Source: Candidatus Multivorans sp. | GTDB taxonomy: Bacteria; Acidobacteriota; Thermoanaerobaculia; Multivoradales; Multivoraceae | Reading direction: 5' to 3' | Assembly: GCA_965247095.1 (NCBI GenBank) | Contig: OZ251997.1 | Span: 3,328,001 to 3,392,000 of the forward strand | Length of the DNA stretch: 64,000 nucleotides | Shown: positions 1 to 17,544 of the stretch, piece after piece | Layout: each line of letters opens with the position of its first letter | Position numbering within the stretch: the stretch's first letter is position 1 | Made by a program: the position numbers and the translations under genes | Notes under the pieces: model-generated | Database searches by the model: none | What the model saw: the letters and a program-made list of their open reading frames with translations, nothing else | What the model was told of the DNA's origin: nothing

Positions 1-561
1 CACCGGGAACTCGACCGCGATGCGTCCGCCGCGGGCGACCGCGCATCCGCCGCGACCTGTGAACCCGCCGCCCGCGCGAAGCCGGATCCCGCGTCCGGCG
101 CGACCCCGGAGCGGCCGCGCCCGCTTGTGGCGGGCGCCCCGGTGCGTCACCGCTCGCTGGGCTGGGTCGGCGAACTCCAGGAGGTGAGTGGAGACCGGGC
201 CACGGTCCTCGTGCGGGGCAAACGGGTGCGGGTGGCTGCCGACGCGCTTCAGGCCATCGCGCGGGTGGAGCGAGCCGCGTCGTCCCGGGTACGGGTCCAA
301 GCGTCTTCGGCGCCGGCGGTCGAGTCGGAGTTGATGCTGATCGGCCAGATGGTCGAACCGGCGCTCGATTCCCTGGACGCCTATCTCGACCGGGCCCTGG
401 CCTCGGGCCGCGAACGGGTGCGGGTGGTCCACGGTCACGGCAGCGGACGGCTGCGCCGGGCCGTTCGTGAGCATCTGCGGGGACATCCGGCGGTAGCCGG
501 TTTCAATCCCGCGCCGCCGTCGGCGGGCGGCGACGGGGCCACCGAGGTCGTGCTGCGTTAG
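1..561 (+). CDS. mutS2: C-terminal part (KOW-like + Smr domain) of MutS2-family endonuclease; 5' end lies outside the window
   Basis: Translation has the Smr signature VVHGHGSGRLRRAVREHL...GGDGAT, preceded by a KOW/SH3-like segment and a low-complexity linker. Confidence 0.75.
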   Translation, partial: HRELDRDASAAGDRASAATCEPAARAKPDPASGATPERPRPLVAGAPVRHRSLGWVGELQEVSGDRATVLVRGKRVRVAADALQAIARVERAASSRVRVQASSAPAVESELMLIGQMVEPALDSLDAYLDRALASGRERVRVVHGHGSGRLRRAVREHLRGHPAVAGFNPAPPSAGGDGATEVVLR

Positions 562-610
562 CGCCGCCAAACGCCCGGGAAGGCTCAGATCCGCAGTAGG
601 ATGAGCGATC

Positions 611-2410
611 GTGCCACGGCGTTCGAGGCTTACCGACGAGGCGTTGGACGCCGTGCGCGAGGCGATCGACATCGTCGACGTCGCCAGCGAGCACACGAAG
701 GTCGAGCGCCGGGGCCAGCGCTTCATCGCGCTCTGCCCGTTCCACAAGGAGAAGACGCCGTCGCTGTCGCTGGACCCCGAGCGGAAGCTGTACTACTGCT
801 TCGGCTGCGGCGCCGGCGGCGATGCCCTCGGCCTGCACATGGAACTGACGGGAGACAACTTCGCCACTGCAATCGAACACTTCGCCAACCGCTACGGGGT
901 CCCGTTGCCGCGGGCGGCGCCGGGCCCGGGCGAGGACGGACGGGTGGACCGGTCCGAGCGCATCCAGGCCGCCCTCGATGCCGCCTACGATTTCTTTCGC
1001 GGCAAGCTGCGCACCGAGGCGCTGCCGCAGGACTACCTGCGCCGGCGCAAGGTGCCGCCTGCGTTGATCTCGCGGTTCGGTGTCGGCTTTGCGCCGGATG
1101 GATGGCAGGCTCTGGTGCACGACCTCGGCCGTCGCATGGAGGTGTCCGACCTGGAGGCTGCGGGTCTGATCGCGCGCAGTCCCAAGAACCCGGATCGCCC
1201 CTACGACCGGTTCCGGAACCGGTTGATGTTCCCCATCCGGTCGCCGTCGGGCCGTCTGCTGGCGTTCGGCGGCAGGACCCTGGGCGACGACCAGGCGAAG
1301 TACGTCAACACGAACGAGACCGACCACTTCCGCAAGGGCACCCTGCTCTACGGTCTCGACGCGGCGCGCCGCGGCATCCGCGAGCAGGGCCGCGTCCTCC
1401 TGGTGGAGGGCTACTTCGACGTGATCGGCGCGGTCGCGTCCGGTATCGACTGGGTGGTGGCGAGCATGGGGACGTCATTGACCGGGCAACAGGTGCGGCT
1501 GCTGTCCCGGTACACGGACGAGGTCGTGCTCGGCTACGACGGCGACCGGGCCGGCATCGAGGCGGCGCAGAAGGCGGCGGCCCTGATGCTCGGCGCCGGA
1601 CTCGCGGTCCTTCGCGCCCGTTTTCCGGCCGGCCAGGATCCGGACTCGCTACGGCTCGACGAGGGGCCTGAGGCGGTACGGAGCATCGTCGATGAGGCCC
1701 GGGACGCGGTGGCGCTGGAGATCGACGATCTGCCGAGCCGGGGCGAGCTCGATCCCCGGCTGAGAGCCCGGGAAGCCTCGCGGGTGCGGGTGCTGATCGA
1801 CCAGGTCAAGGATCCGATTGCGCGCGGAGGCTACTTCGAGCATGCGGCCGAGCGCCTGGGAGTCAAGGTGGAGGTGCTAGTGCGTGAATCGGGCGGTGCC
1901 GCGGAGCGGCCTCAAGGTCCCGTCGCGGAGGGGGCGCCGGTGGGCCGGAGGCCCCGGGCCACGTCCTCGATCGAAGAGCAGGTGCTGCGCCTGATCATCG
2001 CCGCCCCGTCGCTGGCCGGTATCGACTGGCCTGACTCGGACGCCTTTTTCGATCCGGCCCTGCGCACCATCTATCGAGCCGTCAGAGAGCAGGCCAAGGC
2101 GGGTACTGAACCGATCGACTCGTCGTCGCTGGTCGGGGTCCTGGGGCGGCGCTCCGGCGCCGGTGACGAGACCGGCATACCTGTTGACCGCATCGCCAGC
2201 CTTTTGTTACAACGGTCGTCTGCCTTCTCTGCACAGGAGCTCCGAATCAGTCTCGCCGAGGTGGGTCGGCGCTTCGCCAGACAGCGACTCCACCTGCTCG
2301 CCCGGGAGATCAATCTCGCCCAGCGCGAGGGCGACCTGGAGACCCTGCACCGCAAGATCGAAGAGAAGCAGAAGCTCAGCCATGACCTCTACCGCCAGCC
2401 CAGAGATTGA
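611..2410 (+). CDS. dnaG: DNA primase
   Basis: CHC2 zinc finger (CPFHKEKTPS...CFGC), DRFRNRLMFPI, Toprim motifs VEGYFD and YDGDRAG; directly upstream of rpoD. Confidence 0.97.
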   Translation: MPRRSRLTDEALDAVREAIDIVDVASEHTKVERRGQRFIALCPFHKEKTPSLSLDPERKLYYCFGCGAGGDALGLHMELTGDNFATAIEHFANRYGVPLPRAAPGPGEDGRVDRSERIQAALDAAYDFFRGKLRTEALPQDYLRRRKVPPALISRFGVGFAPDGWQALVHDLGRRMEVSDLEAAGLIARSPKNPDRPYDRFRNRLMFPIRSPSGRLLAFGGRTLGDDQAKYVNTNETDHFRKGTLLYGLDAARRGIREQGRVLLVEGYFDVIGAVASGIDWVVASMGTSLTGQQVRLLSRYTDEVVLGYDGDRAGIEAAQKAAALMLGAGLAVLRARFPAGQDPDSLRLDEGPEAVRSIVDEARDAVALEIDDLPSRGELDPRLRAREASRVRVLIDQVKDPIARGGYFEHAAERLGVKVEVLVRESGGAAERPQGPVAEGAPVGRRPRATSSIEEQVLRLIIAAPSLAGIDWPDSDAFFDPALRTIYRAVREQAKAGTEPIDSSSLVGVLGRRSGAGDETGIPVDRIASLLLQRSSAFSAQELRISLAEVGRRFARQRLHLLAREINLAQREGDLETLHRKIEEKQKLSHDLYRQPRD

Positions 2411-2419
2411 GGGCGTGGC

Positions 2420-4144
<1,725 letters not shown>

Positions 4145-4167
4145 CAGCTCGAGCGGTACGTGGCCGA

Positions 4168-4197
4168 TTGACAGTCGGCTCGGAGCCTCCCTAAGAT
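4168..4197 (+). promoter_or_regulatory. sigma70-type promoter for tRNA-Asn
   Basis: TTGACA (4168-4173) - 18 bp - TAAGAT (4192-4197), about 45 bp upstream of the tRNA. Confidence 0.7.
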
Positions 4198-4240
4198 CAG
4201 CTCCATGTCGCCCGCTGTCGCCTGTGAGCCGGCGGATTCT

Positions 4241-4315
4241 TCCTCGGTAGCTCAACGGTAGAGCGTTCGGCTGTTAACCGAAATGTTGGGGGTTCGAATC
4301 CCTCCCGAGGAGCCA
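4241..4315 (+). tRNA. tRNA-Asn (GTT)
   Basis: Cloverleaf TCCTCGG...TAGCTCAACGGTAGAGC...CTGTTAA...GGTTCGAATCC...CCGAGGAGCCA with encoded CCA. Confidence 0.96.
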
Positions 4316-4379
4316 TGGTTCGCGGCTTTGGCGGTGACGCGGGATCGCCTCTCGCGCGGGGTCGTGTGAGGTAGAAGAG

Positions 4380-5969
<1,590 letters not shown>

Positions 5970-5998
5970 CTGTCGCGAGGACCGGTAAGGAGAATCGG

Positions 5999-7942
<1,944 letters not shown>

Positions 7943-7978
7943 ACCGCGGCGGCAGGCGGCTACACTCTGAGCCGGAAC

Positions 7979-9196
7979 ATGGCCGCGAATCCAGACGATC
8001 CGATCCGCGATTCCAGGACGCCGATCCGGGTCCTGGTGGTCGCTGCCTGCGTGGTGGTGCTGGTGGCGGGTCTCCGGGCAGCGTCCTCGGTCATCGAGCC
8101 GTTCCTGATCGCGCTCTTCGTGGTCATCCTCAGCCTGCCGGTGCTGTTCTGGCTCAAGCAGCGCCTGCCGGCGATGCTGGCCGTCCTCGGCACGATCCTG
8201 ATGGACATCGCCGTGCTGGCGGCGGCCGGCTCCCTGGTCGGGACGACCGTCAACCAGCTCACGGGCGACATGGACAAGTACCAGGGGAGGCTGACGGAAC
8301 TGATCGACGACGGCTCGGCGTGGCTGGAGGAGCGCGGCCTTCAGCCCGAGTGGCTGTCGTCCCCGGCCGGGGAGGGGGCTGCCGCTGGTGAAGCCGACGT
8401 CGATACAACAGCGGAGAGCGGCGGTGAGACGGTGGCGGCTACGGCCCCCCGACCGGTTCCAGACGGCGCCGGCGAGGGCCCGGAGTTGCCGGGGTTGCTG
8501 TCGCGCTTCGATTCCAGTCTGCTCGTTGACTTCGCGAACCAGGCGCTGCGCTACACGGCGACCGCGTTCTCGTCGCTGCTGATCATCGCCCTGATCGTGG
8601 TCTTCATGCTGTTCGAGGCCGCGACCTTCCGCTCCAAAGTGCGGATCGCCTTCACGGGCGCCGGCGCCGAGGAACGGTTCTCCCGCGTCATGTACGAGAT
8701 CCAGCACTACATCGGCATCAAGACGGTGGTCAGCGCCGCCACCGGACTGCTGATCGGAGTCTGGGTCGGCGTGCTGGGAGTGGACTTCGCGATCTTCTGG
8801 GGTCTGGTCGCCTTCGTCCTGAACTTCATCCCGAACTTGGGCTCGATCATCGCGGCCGTGCCGACCACGCTGCTGGCGATGGTTCAGATCGGCGTCGGCC
8901 GGGGACTTCTGGTAGCCCTTGGTTACCTGATCGTGAACATGGTGATCGGCAATTTCATCGAGCCGCACCTGATGGGCCGCCGGCTCGGTCTCTCGACCCT
9001 GGTCGTCGTCCTCTCCCTCGTGTTCTGGGGCTGGGTCTGGGGGCCGATCGGGATGCTGCTGTCCGTGCCGCTGACCATGGTGGTCAAGATCATGCTCGAG
9101 AACACGGAGGAGTTCCGCTGGGTCGCGGTGCTGCTCGGCGACAGCAGGGAAGCGGAACGCCTGGCGCCGGCGTCCGGCGGGGAGGGGAAGGAATGA
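7979..9196 (+). CDS. AI-2E family transporter
   Basis: Multiple TM helices, FVLNFIPNLGSIIA, FWGWVWGPIGMLLSVPLT. Confidence 0.88.
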   Translation: MAANPDDPIRDSRTPIRVLVVAACVVVLVAGLRAASSVIEPFLIALFVVILSLPVLFWLKQRLPAMLAVLGTILMDIAVLAAAGSLVGTTVNQLTGDMDKYQGRLTELIDDGSAWLEERGLQPEWLSSPAGEGAAAGEADVDTTAESGGETVAATAPRPVPDGAGEGPELPGLLSRFDSSLLVDFANQALRYTATAFSSLLIIALIVVFMLFEAATFRSKVRIAFTGAGAEERFSRVMYEIQHYIGIKTVVSAATGLLIGVWVGVLGVDFAIFWGLVAFVLNFIPNLGSIIAAVPTTLLAMVQIGVGRGLLVALGYLIVNMVIGNFIEPHLMGRRLGLSTLVVVLSLVFWGWVWGPIGMLLSVPLTMVVKIMLENTEEFRWVAVLLGDSREAERLAPASGGEGKE

Positions 9197-10364
9197 GCCC
9201 GATCGCCCATGTTCTTGGGATCGTCGTTCTCGTCGCGCTCCCACTCCCGACGGCCGCCTTCACGCAAAGTGAAGTGCTCGACAACGAGGACATCGTCAAC
9301 CTCACCAACGCCGGCTTACCGGCGGTGGTCATCGTGGCCAAGATCGAATCGACCGCTACCGCGTTCGATACCAGCGCGGAGAAACTGGTGGCCCTCGCCG
9401 AGGCCGGCGTGCACGCCGACGTGCTGGCGGCGATGGCGAAGGCGACGCCGTCGGCGGCCGCGACAACCGAACCGCCGGCCGACGCCACGGTCAGGGATAC
9501 GGTGCGGGAGCAGCGGCGGAACCCGCCTGTGGCGCCGCCGCGTGCTGAGCCGGAACCGGTCTCGCGTACGTCCTGGCAGGTCGGGGCGAGGTTCTCGGAC
9601 GCGCTCAACTCCGGTGGCCGCGGGCCGGAGATGGTTGTCATTCCGGCCGGCCGGTTCTACATGGGCTGCGTGTCGGGTATTGGCTGCAGCAACCGCGAGA
9701 GCCGATCCGCGACGTGTCCTTCGCGCAACCGTTCGCGGTGTCGATCCACGAAGTGACGCTGGATGAGTACGACCGCTTCACGGCTGCTACCGGCCGCCCG
9801 CAGGTGGACGACGGGGGTTGGGGACGAGGCCGCCGTCCGGCACTGAACGTCTCCTGGTCGGACGCTCAGGAGTACCTGGCCTGGCTGTCGCGGGAGACCG
9901 GCGGCGCCTACCGGTTGTTGAGTGAGGCGGAATGGGAGTACGTGGCGCGTGCCGGATCGACTACGCAGTTCCACTTCGGCGACCATCCCGTGGAGCTCTG
10001 CCGTTACGCGAACCATGCAGACATCAGCCTTCCCGAGAACGTCGAGTGGCGGAACACGTTGTGCTCGGACCGCATCGCCCTTGAGACGGCCGAAGTGGGG
10101 ATCTACGCGCCGAACCCGTGGGGCCTTCACGACACGCACGGCAACGTGTGGGAATGGGTCGAAGACTGCTGGAACGGGAGCTACGAGGACTCGCCCACCG
10201 ACGGCAGCGCCTGGACTCAGGGCGACTGCTCCCGGCGGGTCCTGCGCGGCGGTTCCTGGAACAACCGACCGGCCCTTCTCCGTGCCGCGGGCCGGAACGG
10301 TGTCGGTGTCGGCGAGCGCGGTCTGAACATCGGCCTTCGTGTTGCGCGGACGCTGGTTCCCTGA
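9193..10364 (+). pseudogene. Secreted formylglycine-generating enzyme (SUMF1/FGE-sulfatase) family protein, frameshifted near 9700
   Basis: ORF 9193-9756 (signal peptide, PEMVVIPAGRFYMG) continues in another frame in ORF 9714-10364 (RLLSEAEWEY, NPWGLHDTHGNVWEW, RVLRGGSW). Confidence 0.8.
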
Positions 10365-10432
10365 GCGCGGCCATCGACACGAGGCGGTGCGCCTGAGCTG
10401 CCTGTGTACGAGGTAGGCGGCGGGGCCCGGCT

Positions 10433-11179
10433 CTAGAGCAGTCCGGGGATGACCGCTCGGCGGCGCCCCGGATAGCCGGCGAACCTCTCCTGGTACCAAC
10501 GGTGCCGCCAGAGGGCCCGCGGGATCAGATTGGCGGTGGTCCACAGCGCGAACGCCAGCCCCGGCAGGGACCAGCTCATCAGGGCGAAGCCGGTCCACTC
10601 GACGATCTCCCCGGCCAGATTGGGGCAGGAGACGAGTTCGAAGGCGCCGCCCCGCGGCAGGACGGCGCCGCCGGAGGCCTTCGCCCGCAGAGCGGCGAGC
10701 CGGTAGTCGGTAACGATGTTCAGGGCCGCCCCGAGGACGAAGAGCGCGGCGCCGACCGCGAAGCGCGGGTCGGAAAACCAGTCTTGCGGGTAGTCGGCGA
10801 TGCGGGCCACGAACCAACCCAGGAACACGCCGTTGACGAGGTTGAAGCCGAAGCCGGCAGCGGCCGTGATGGTTGGGAACGGTCGGGCCTGGCGCTGGAC
10901 GATCCATGGCCACACCAGTGTGCGGTGGGTGTAGTGGGCAAGCCATGCGGCGACCAGGACGTCGCCAACCGCGTGACGCTCAGCGGCCGCGAGGTAGACG
11001 ACCGGGAACACCGCCAAGGCTGACAGTTCCATGAGGAGCCAACCCCAGCGCGGGTCGAGATTCGGCCCCCAGGCCTGAGCCCCTAACCGCCCGGTCCGGT
11101 CCTTTCCCAGCAGAGCGTAAACCAGCACGGGCACGGTCAGCCCGCACCAGATCAGGGCGGCGGGTGTGAACCAGGACAT
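10433..11179 (-). CDS. 3-oxo-5-alpha-steroid 4-dehydrogenase (SRD5A-like) membrane reductase
   Basis: GWLLME, HYTHR, LPRGGAFELVSCPNLAGEIVEWTGFA, NLIPRA...HRWY. Confidence 0.85.
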   Translation of the reverse strand: MSWFTPAALIWCGLTVPVLVYALLGKDRTGRLGAQAWGPNLDPRWGWLLMELSALAVFPVVYLAAAERHAVGDVLVAAWLAHYTHRTLVWPWIVQRQARPFPTITAAAGFGFNLVNGVFLGWFVARIADYPQDWFSDPRFAVGAALFVLGAALNIVTDYRLAALRAKASGGAVLPRGGAFELVSCPNLAGEIVEWTGFALMSWSLPGLAFALWTTANLIPRALWRHRWYQERFAGYPGRRRAVIPGLL

Positions 11180-11196
11180 TGGAACGGTCGAAAGGC

Positions 11197-11586
11197 TCAG
11201 GCTGGAGACACAACCGTGAGACCGGCATCGGCGGCGGCGTCCCGAAGTCGCCGGTCGTAGGTCACGAGAGCGTCGAGCCCGTCCAGGGAGAGGGCGGTGG
11301 CGAGGTGGATGGCGTCGAGACTGCGGAGACCGGGCGGATCCAGCGACGCCGCCTGGGCCAGGATTCGCTCGTCTAACGCAACCAGGCTCATCCTCGACAC
11401 GATCCGCTTTGCGTGCAGCAACGCTAGCGGCGGCTTGTGCGCCCGGCGCAAGGCTCGCAACACCTCGACGCGAGCGAGTTTGCTGGAGACGTGCTCCTTG
11501 TGTTCCGCCAGATAGATTTGGAGCGCGTCCGACTCCAGTTCCGTCAGGACGAGCTTGACGATCGCAGAGGAGTCCAGATAGAGCAC
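11197..11586 (-). CDS. VapC-family PIN-domain toxin
   Basis: [11 protein letters not shown]...[21 protein letters not shown]. Confidence 0.9.
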   Translation of the reverse strand: MLYLDSSAIVKLVLTELESDALQIYLAEHKEHVSSKLARVEVLRALRRAHKPPLALLHAKRIVSRMSLVALDERILAQAASLDPPGLRSLDAIHLATALSLDGLDALVTYDRRLRDAAADAGLTVVSPA

Positions 11587-11607
11587 AGGCCGGCAGCGAG
11601 GAGCGGG

Positions 11608-11910
11608 CTAGCTCAACTGGAGTCTGTCCTCGCGGTCTGCCAGCAGAGCATCGCTGACGTCCGTCGACGGCTCGCCCGGCAGCGGCGGCAGATCGAGCAG
11701 GTTTCCCACCGGCCTGGTCGCCCGTCCCTCGGCGATGAGGCGTTCAAGCGGCGACAGGTTGTCGGCGAGCGGCAGGAGCAGGCCCACCGGCCGCCCCCGG
11801 TCCGTGACCTCGAAGCGCTCGCCATGCCGAATGCGGCGGATGTAGACACTGAGGTTCTGCCGCAGTGCGCGGATGCCGACCTTGGTTGTCTTCGAAGCTG
11901 GCTCGGTCAT
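11608..11910 (-). CDS. Phd/YefM-family antitoxin
   Basis: [11 protein letters not shown]...[16 protein letters not shown]; directly upstream of the PIN toxin. Confidence 0.88.
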   Translation of the reverse strand: MTEPASKTTKVGIRALRQNLSVYIRRIRHGERFEVTDRGRPVGLLLPLADNLSPLERLIAEGRATRPVGNLLDLPPLPGEPSTDVSDALLADREDRLQLS

Positions 11911-11980
11911 GGTGACGCACACGGTAGCACATTGGTGTGCGAAGACTCGGCGACGCTAGCGAGACGCCGTTTCCTCATGA

Positions 11981-12036
11981 TTGACACACCGCCTTCCCGT
12001 GCTAGTCTCCGAATCGGGACTGTCCGGGTCCCCGTT
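11981..12036 (+). promoter_or_regulatory. suf operon promoter with probable Rrf2 operator
   Basis: TTGACA (11981) ... TAGTCT (12003), followed by the inverted repeat GGGAC-N7-GTCCC (12016-12032). Confidence 0.55.
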
Positions 12037-12055
12037 CGCCGACGACACAACCGTC

Positions 12056-12516
12056 ATGATCCGACTGACCAAGCAAGCCGACTACGGCATCGTCCTAGTG
12101 ACCCAGCTCGCGCAGACCGGTCAGGCCCCTGCCGCCGAACTGGCGGTGCAGACGCACCTGCCGGCGCCCATGGTCAGCAAGATCCTGAAGTTGCTGGCGA
12201 GGTCCGGGCTGCTGGCCTCCCACCGCGGCGTGCGGGGAGGCTACGAGCTGCCGTGCTCGGCGGCCGAGATCAGCATCGCCGACGTGATCCTCGCGCTCGA
12301 AGGGCCGATCGCACTGACCGAGTGCAGCGAGCACTCCGACCACGAGTGCTCCTACGAGGCGTTCTGCCGTGTGAGGGAGAACTGGCAGCGCATCAACCAG
12401 GCGGTGCGGGGCGCGCTCGAGGACATCACGATCGCAGACATGGCGCGGCCGAACTTCATGGCCGGAACGGCCACCCCGTCCGCCGAACCCCTGATTTCGC
12501 TGAGGAGCAGTTCCTG

Positions 12517-12517
<1 letters not shown>
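12056..12517 (+). CDS. Rrf2-family SUF system Fe-S regulator
   Basis: [32 protein letters not shown]...C...C; first gene of the suf operon. Confidence 0.9.
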
Positions 12518-13965
<1,448 letters not shown>

Positions 13966-14044
13966 CCGATCGGAGCAGCCGACAGTCGGAACCCCCAACG
14001 CGGCGCACCGGCTCTGCCCGACCGCCGCACGGAGAGATACAGCA

Positions 14045-14800
<756 letters not shown>

Positions 14801-14825
14801 GCCGGGGGATGGCGAGGACCGAACC

Positions 14826-16205
14826 GTGACCGTCGAAGCAACCAAGAGCACCACCAGCGCTCCCTACCTGGACTTGTTCGCCCGCCGGGGCGAACGGGCC
14901 GGCGAAGCGGAGCGCGTACAGACGCTGCGGCGTGAAGCGATCGAGCGCTTTGAGGCGACCGGATTCCCCGGCCGCGGCAACGAGGACTGGCGGCAGACGA
15001 ACGTCGGCCGGCTGGTGCGCGCGGCGCCGGCCCTGGCCTCGCCACGGGCGCTGGAAGCGGTGGAGTTGCAGCCGTACCTCTACCCGGGCTGCGACCGGTT
15101 GGTGTTCGTGAACGGCCGCTACGACGAGGTGCTGTCCTCGCCGCCGGCCCAGGGTACAGCGGCCGCCATCGCCGGTCTGCCGGCGGCGGGCCGCGCCGCG
15201 GAGGTCGTGGCGGAGCACCTGGGCACGGCGGTCGATGGCCGCGCCTCCTGCAGCGCGGACGCCGGCGTGCATCCGTTCGCGGCCCTCAACACCGCCCTGT
15301 TCGAGGACGGCGCGGTAATCGAGATCCCGGCGGGCGTGGTGCTCGAACGGCCGCTCCATGTGCTCTGGCTCAGCGCTCCCGGGGCCGGCGATGCCGCGGC
15401 CGAAACGGTCGAGGTCAGCTTCCCGCGCCTGCTGGTGCTCGCCGGTGAGAACAGCCAGGCGTCGATCATCGAGACGTTTGCCGCTGTCGGCGCCGGCGCC
15501 GGGCGCTACTTCGTATGCCCGGCGGCGGAGATCGTCTGCGAGGCCGGGGCGGTGCTCCACCACACCAGGCTTCAGGCCGATGCGCTCTCCGCGTTCCACC
15601 TCGCCTTCCAGCACGCGCGGGTCGGGCGCAGCGCGGCGTTCGACTCCTCGTCCCTCGCCTTCGGCGGGGGTTTGGTGCGCAACGACACCGTCGCCCTGCT
15701 CGATGGCGAGGGCGCCGACTGCACCTTGGACGGTCTGTACGTCGCCAGCGGCTCGCAGTTCATGGACAACCACATGCGAGTCGAGCACCGGCAGCCCAAC
15801 GGGACCAGCCACCAGCTCTACAAGGGCGTCCTCGACGACCGCGCGCGCTCGGTGTTCAACGGCCGCATCTATGTTCATCGGGCGGCGCAGAAGACGGACG
15901 CCAAGCAGACGAACCGCAACCTCCTGCTCTCAAAGAGCGCGCTCGCCAACAGCAACCCCCAGCTCGAGATCTTCGCCGACGACGTGCGCTGCACCCACGG
16001 TTCGACGATCGGCCGCCTGGACGAGGAAGCGCTCTTCTACCTGCGCTCCCGCGGTATCGACCGGGACGCCGCGTACCGTATGCTGGTGTACGCGTTCGCC
16101 CGCGAGCTGGTCGAGAAGGCGTCCTTCGAGCCGCTGCGGCAGGACCTGGAAGGTCGACTGTTCGCCAGCCTGAACGGCAGCTCAGGCAACGGGCGCGGAG
16201 AGTAG
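14826..16205 (+). CDS. sufD: Fe-S cluster assembly protein SufD
   Basis: EDWRQT, QLYKGVLD, PQLEIFADDVRCTHG, LFYLRSRGI. Confidence 0.94.
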   Translation: MTVEATKSTTSAPYLDLFARRGERAGEAERVQTLRREAIERFEATGFPGRGNEDWRQTNVGRLVRAAPALASPRALEAVELQPYLYPGCDRLVFVNGRYDEVLSSPPAQGTAAAIAGLPAAGRAAEVVAEHLGTAVDGRASCSADAGVHPFAALNTALFEDGAVIEIPAGVVLERPLHVLWLSAPGAGDAAAETVEVSFPRLLVLAGENSQASIIETFAAVGAGAGRYFVCPAAEIVCEAGAVLHHTRLQADALSAFHLAFQHARVGRSAAFDSSSLAFGGGLVRNDTVALLDGEGADCTLDGLYVASGSQFMDNHMRVEHRQPNGTSHQLYKGVLDDRARSVFNGRIYVHRAAQKTDAKQTNRNLLLSKSALANSNPQLEIFADDVRCTHGSTIGRLDEEALFYLRSRGIDRDAAYRMLVYAFARELVEKASFEPLRQDLEGRLFASLNGSSGNGRGE

Positions 16206-16209
16206 GCGG

Positions 16210-17517
16210 ATGCCGGCCCCGGCGCTAGCGGCAGAGCGGCAGCGGCCGGCTGTGGCCAGCGGCGCAGCCGCCGGCACGGCGGGCGGCTTCGACGTGGAGC
16301 GGCTGCGCGCGCAGTTTCCGATCCTCGCGCAGGAAGTCCACGGCCACCCGCTCGTCTACCTCGACAACGCCGCCAGCTCCCAGCGTCCGGAAGCGGTGAT
16401 CGAGGCGGTCAGCGACTGCTACCGCACCTACTACGCCAACGCCCACCGCGGCGTCCACGCGCTCTCTGAGCGCTCGACGGATGAGTACGAAGCGGCCCGC
16501 GGCAAGGTCGCCCGTTTCATCGGCGCCGCGGACAGCGGCGAGGTGATCTTCACCCGGGGCACCACCGAGAGCCTCAACCTGGTCGCCCAGAGCTACGCCC
16601 GGCCGCTGCTCCAGCCCGGCGACGAGGTGCTGCTCACCGAGATGGAGCACCACTCGAACATCGTCCCCTGGCAACTCGCCTGCGAGCAGACCGGGGCCCG
16701 GGTGCGGGCGGCGCCGATCACCGACGGCGGCGAACTCGACCTCGCGGCCATGGCCGACCTGATCACGGAGCGCACGAAGGTCGTCGCGGTGACCCACGTC
16801 TCCAACGCCCTCGGCACCGTGAACGACATCGCCGCCGTCGTCCGTCTGGCGCGCGCCCGCTCCAAGGCGGCCGTCGTCGTCGATGGGGCGCAGGCCGTGC
16901 CGCACATGGACGTCGACGTGTCCGCGCTCCGCTGCGACTTCTACGCCTTCTCCGGCCACAAGATGTACGGCCCCGGCGGCATCGGCGCGCTGTGGGGCCG
17001 CGGCGAGTTGCTGGCTTCGATGCCGCCCTACCACGGAGGCGGCGCGATGATCACGCGGGTGACCTTCGAACGCACCGAGTATGCCGCGCCGCCTCAACGG
17101 TTCGAGGCGGGCACGCCCGCCATCGCGCCGGCGATCGGGCTCGGCGTCGCGGTCGAATTCCTGGAGTCGATCGGCCTGGAGCGAATCGAGCAGCACGAGC
17201 AGGAGCTCCTTTCTCATAGTTTGGAACAACTGAACGATCTGCCCTGGGTGCGGGTGCTGGGGCAGAGCCCCGCTGGCGGCGGGTCGCGAGCCGCCGTCGT
17301 GTCCCTGGTGATCGACGGCGCACACCCCCACGATGCGGCAACGATCCTGGACGAGCAGGGGATCGCCATCCGCGCCGGCCACCACTGCGCCCAGCCGCTG
17401 ATGGAGCGGCTAGGCGTTCCGGCCACCGTGCGCGCCTCGTTCGGCATGTACAACACCCACGAGGAAGTCGACTTGCTTGCCTCTGGGCTGCACGAAGTGC
17501 GGCGGATCTTCGGCTGA
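16210..17517 (+). CDS. sufS: Cysteine desulfurase SufS
   Basis: VYLDNAASSQ, EHHSN, FSGHKMYGP, RAGHHCAQP. Confidence 0.96.
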   Translation: MPAPALAAERQRPAVASGAAAGTAGGFDVERLRAQFPILAQEVHGHPLVYLDNAASSQRPEAVIEAVSDCYRTYYANAHRGVHALSERSTDEYEAARGKVARFIGAADSGEVIFTRGTTESLNLVAQSYARPLLQPGDEVLLTEMEHHSNIVPWQLACEQTGARVRAAPITDGGELDLAAMADLITERTKVVAVTHVSNALGTVNDIAAVVRLARARSKAAVVVDGAQAVPHMDVDVSALRCDFYAFSGHKMYGPGGIGALWGRGELLASMPPYHGGGAMITRVTFERTEYAAPPQRFEAGTPAIAPAIGLGVAVEFLESIGLERIEQHEQELLSHSLEQLNDLPWVRVLGQSPAGGGSRAAVVSLVIDGAHPHDAATILDEQGIAIRAGHHCAQPLMERLGVPATVRASFGMYNTHEEVDLLASGLHEVRRIFG

Positions 17518-17544
17518 AGGACGTAGGCTCGGAGCCTAAGGGCA

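Noticed and set aside
1-126. Short imperfect GC-rich repeats
   Set aside because: They encode the low-complexity linker of the MutS2 C-terminus.
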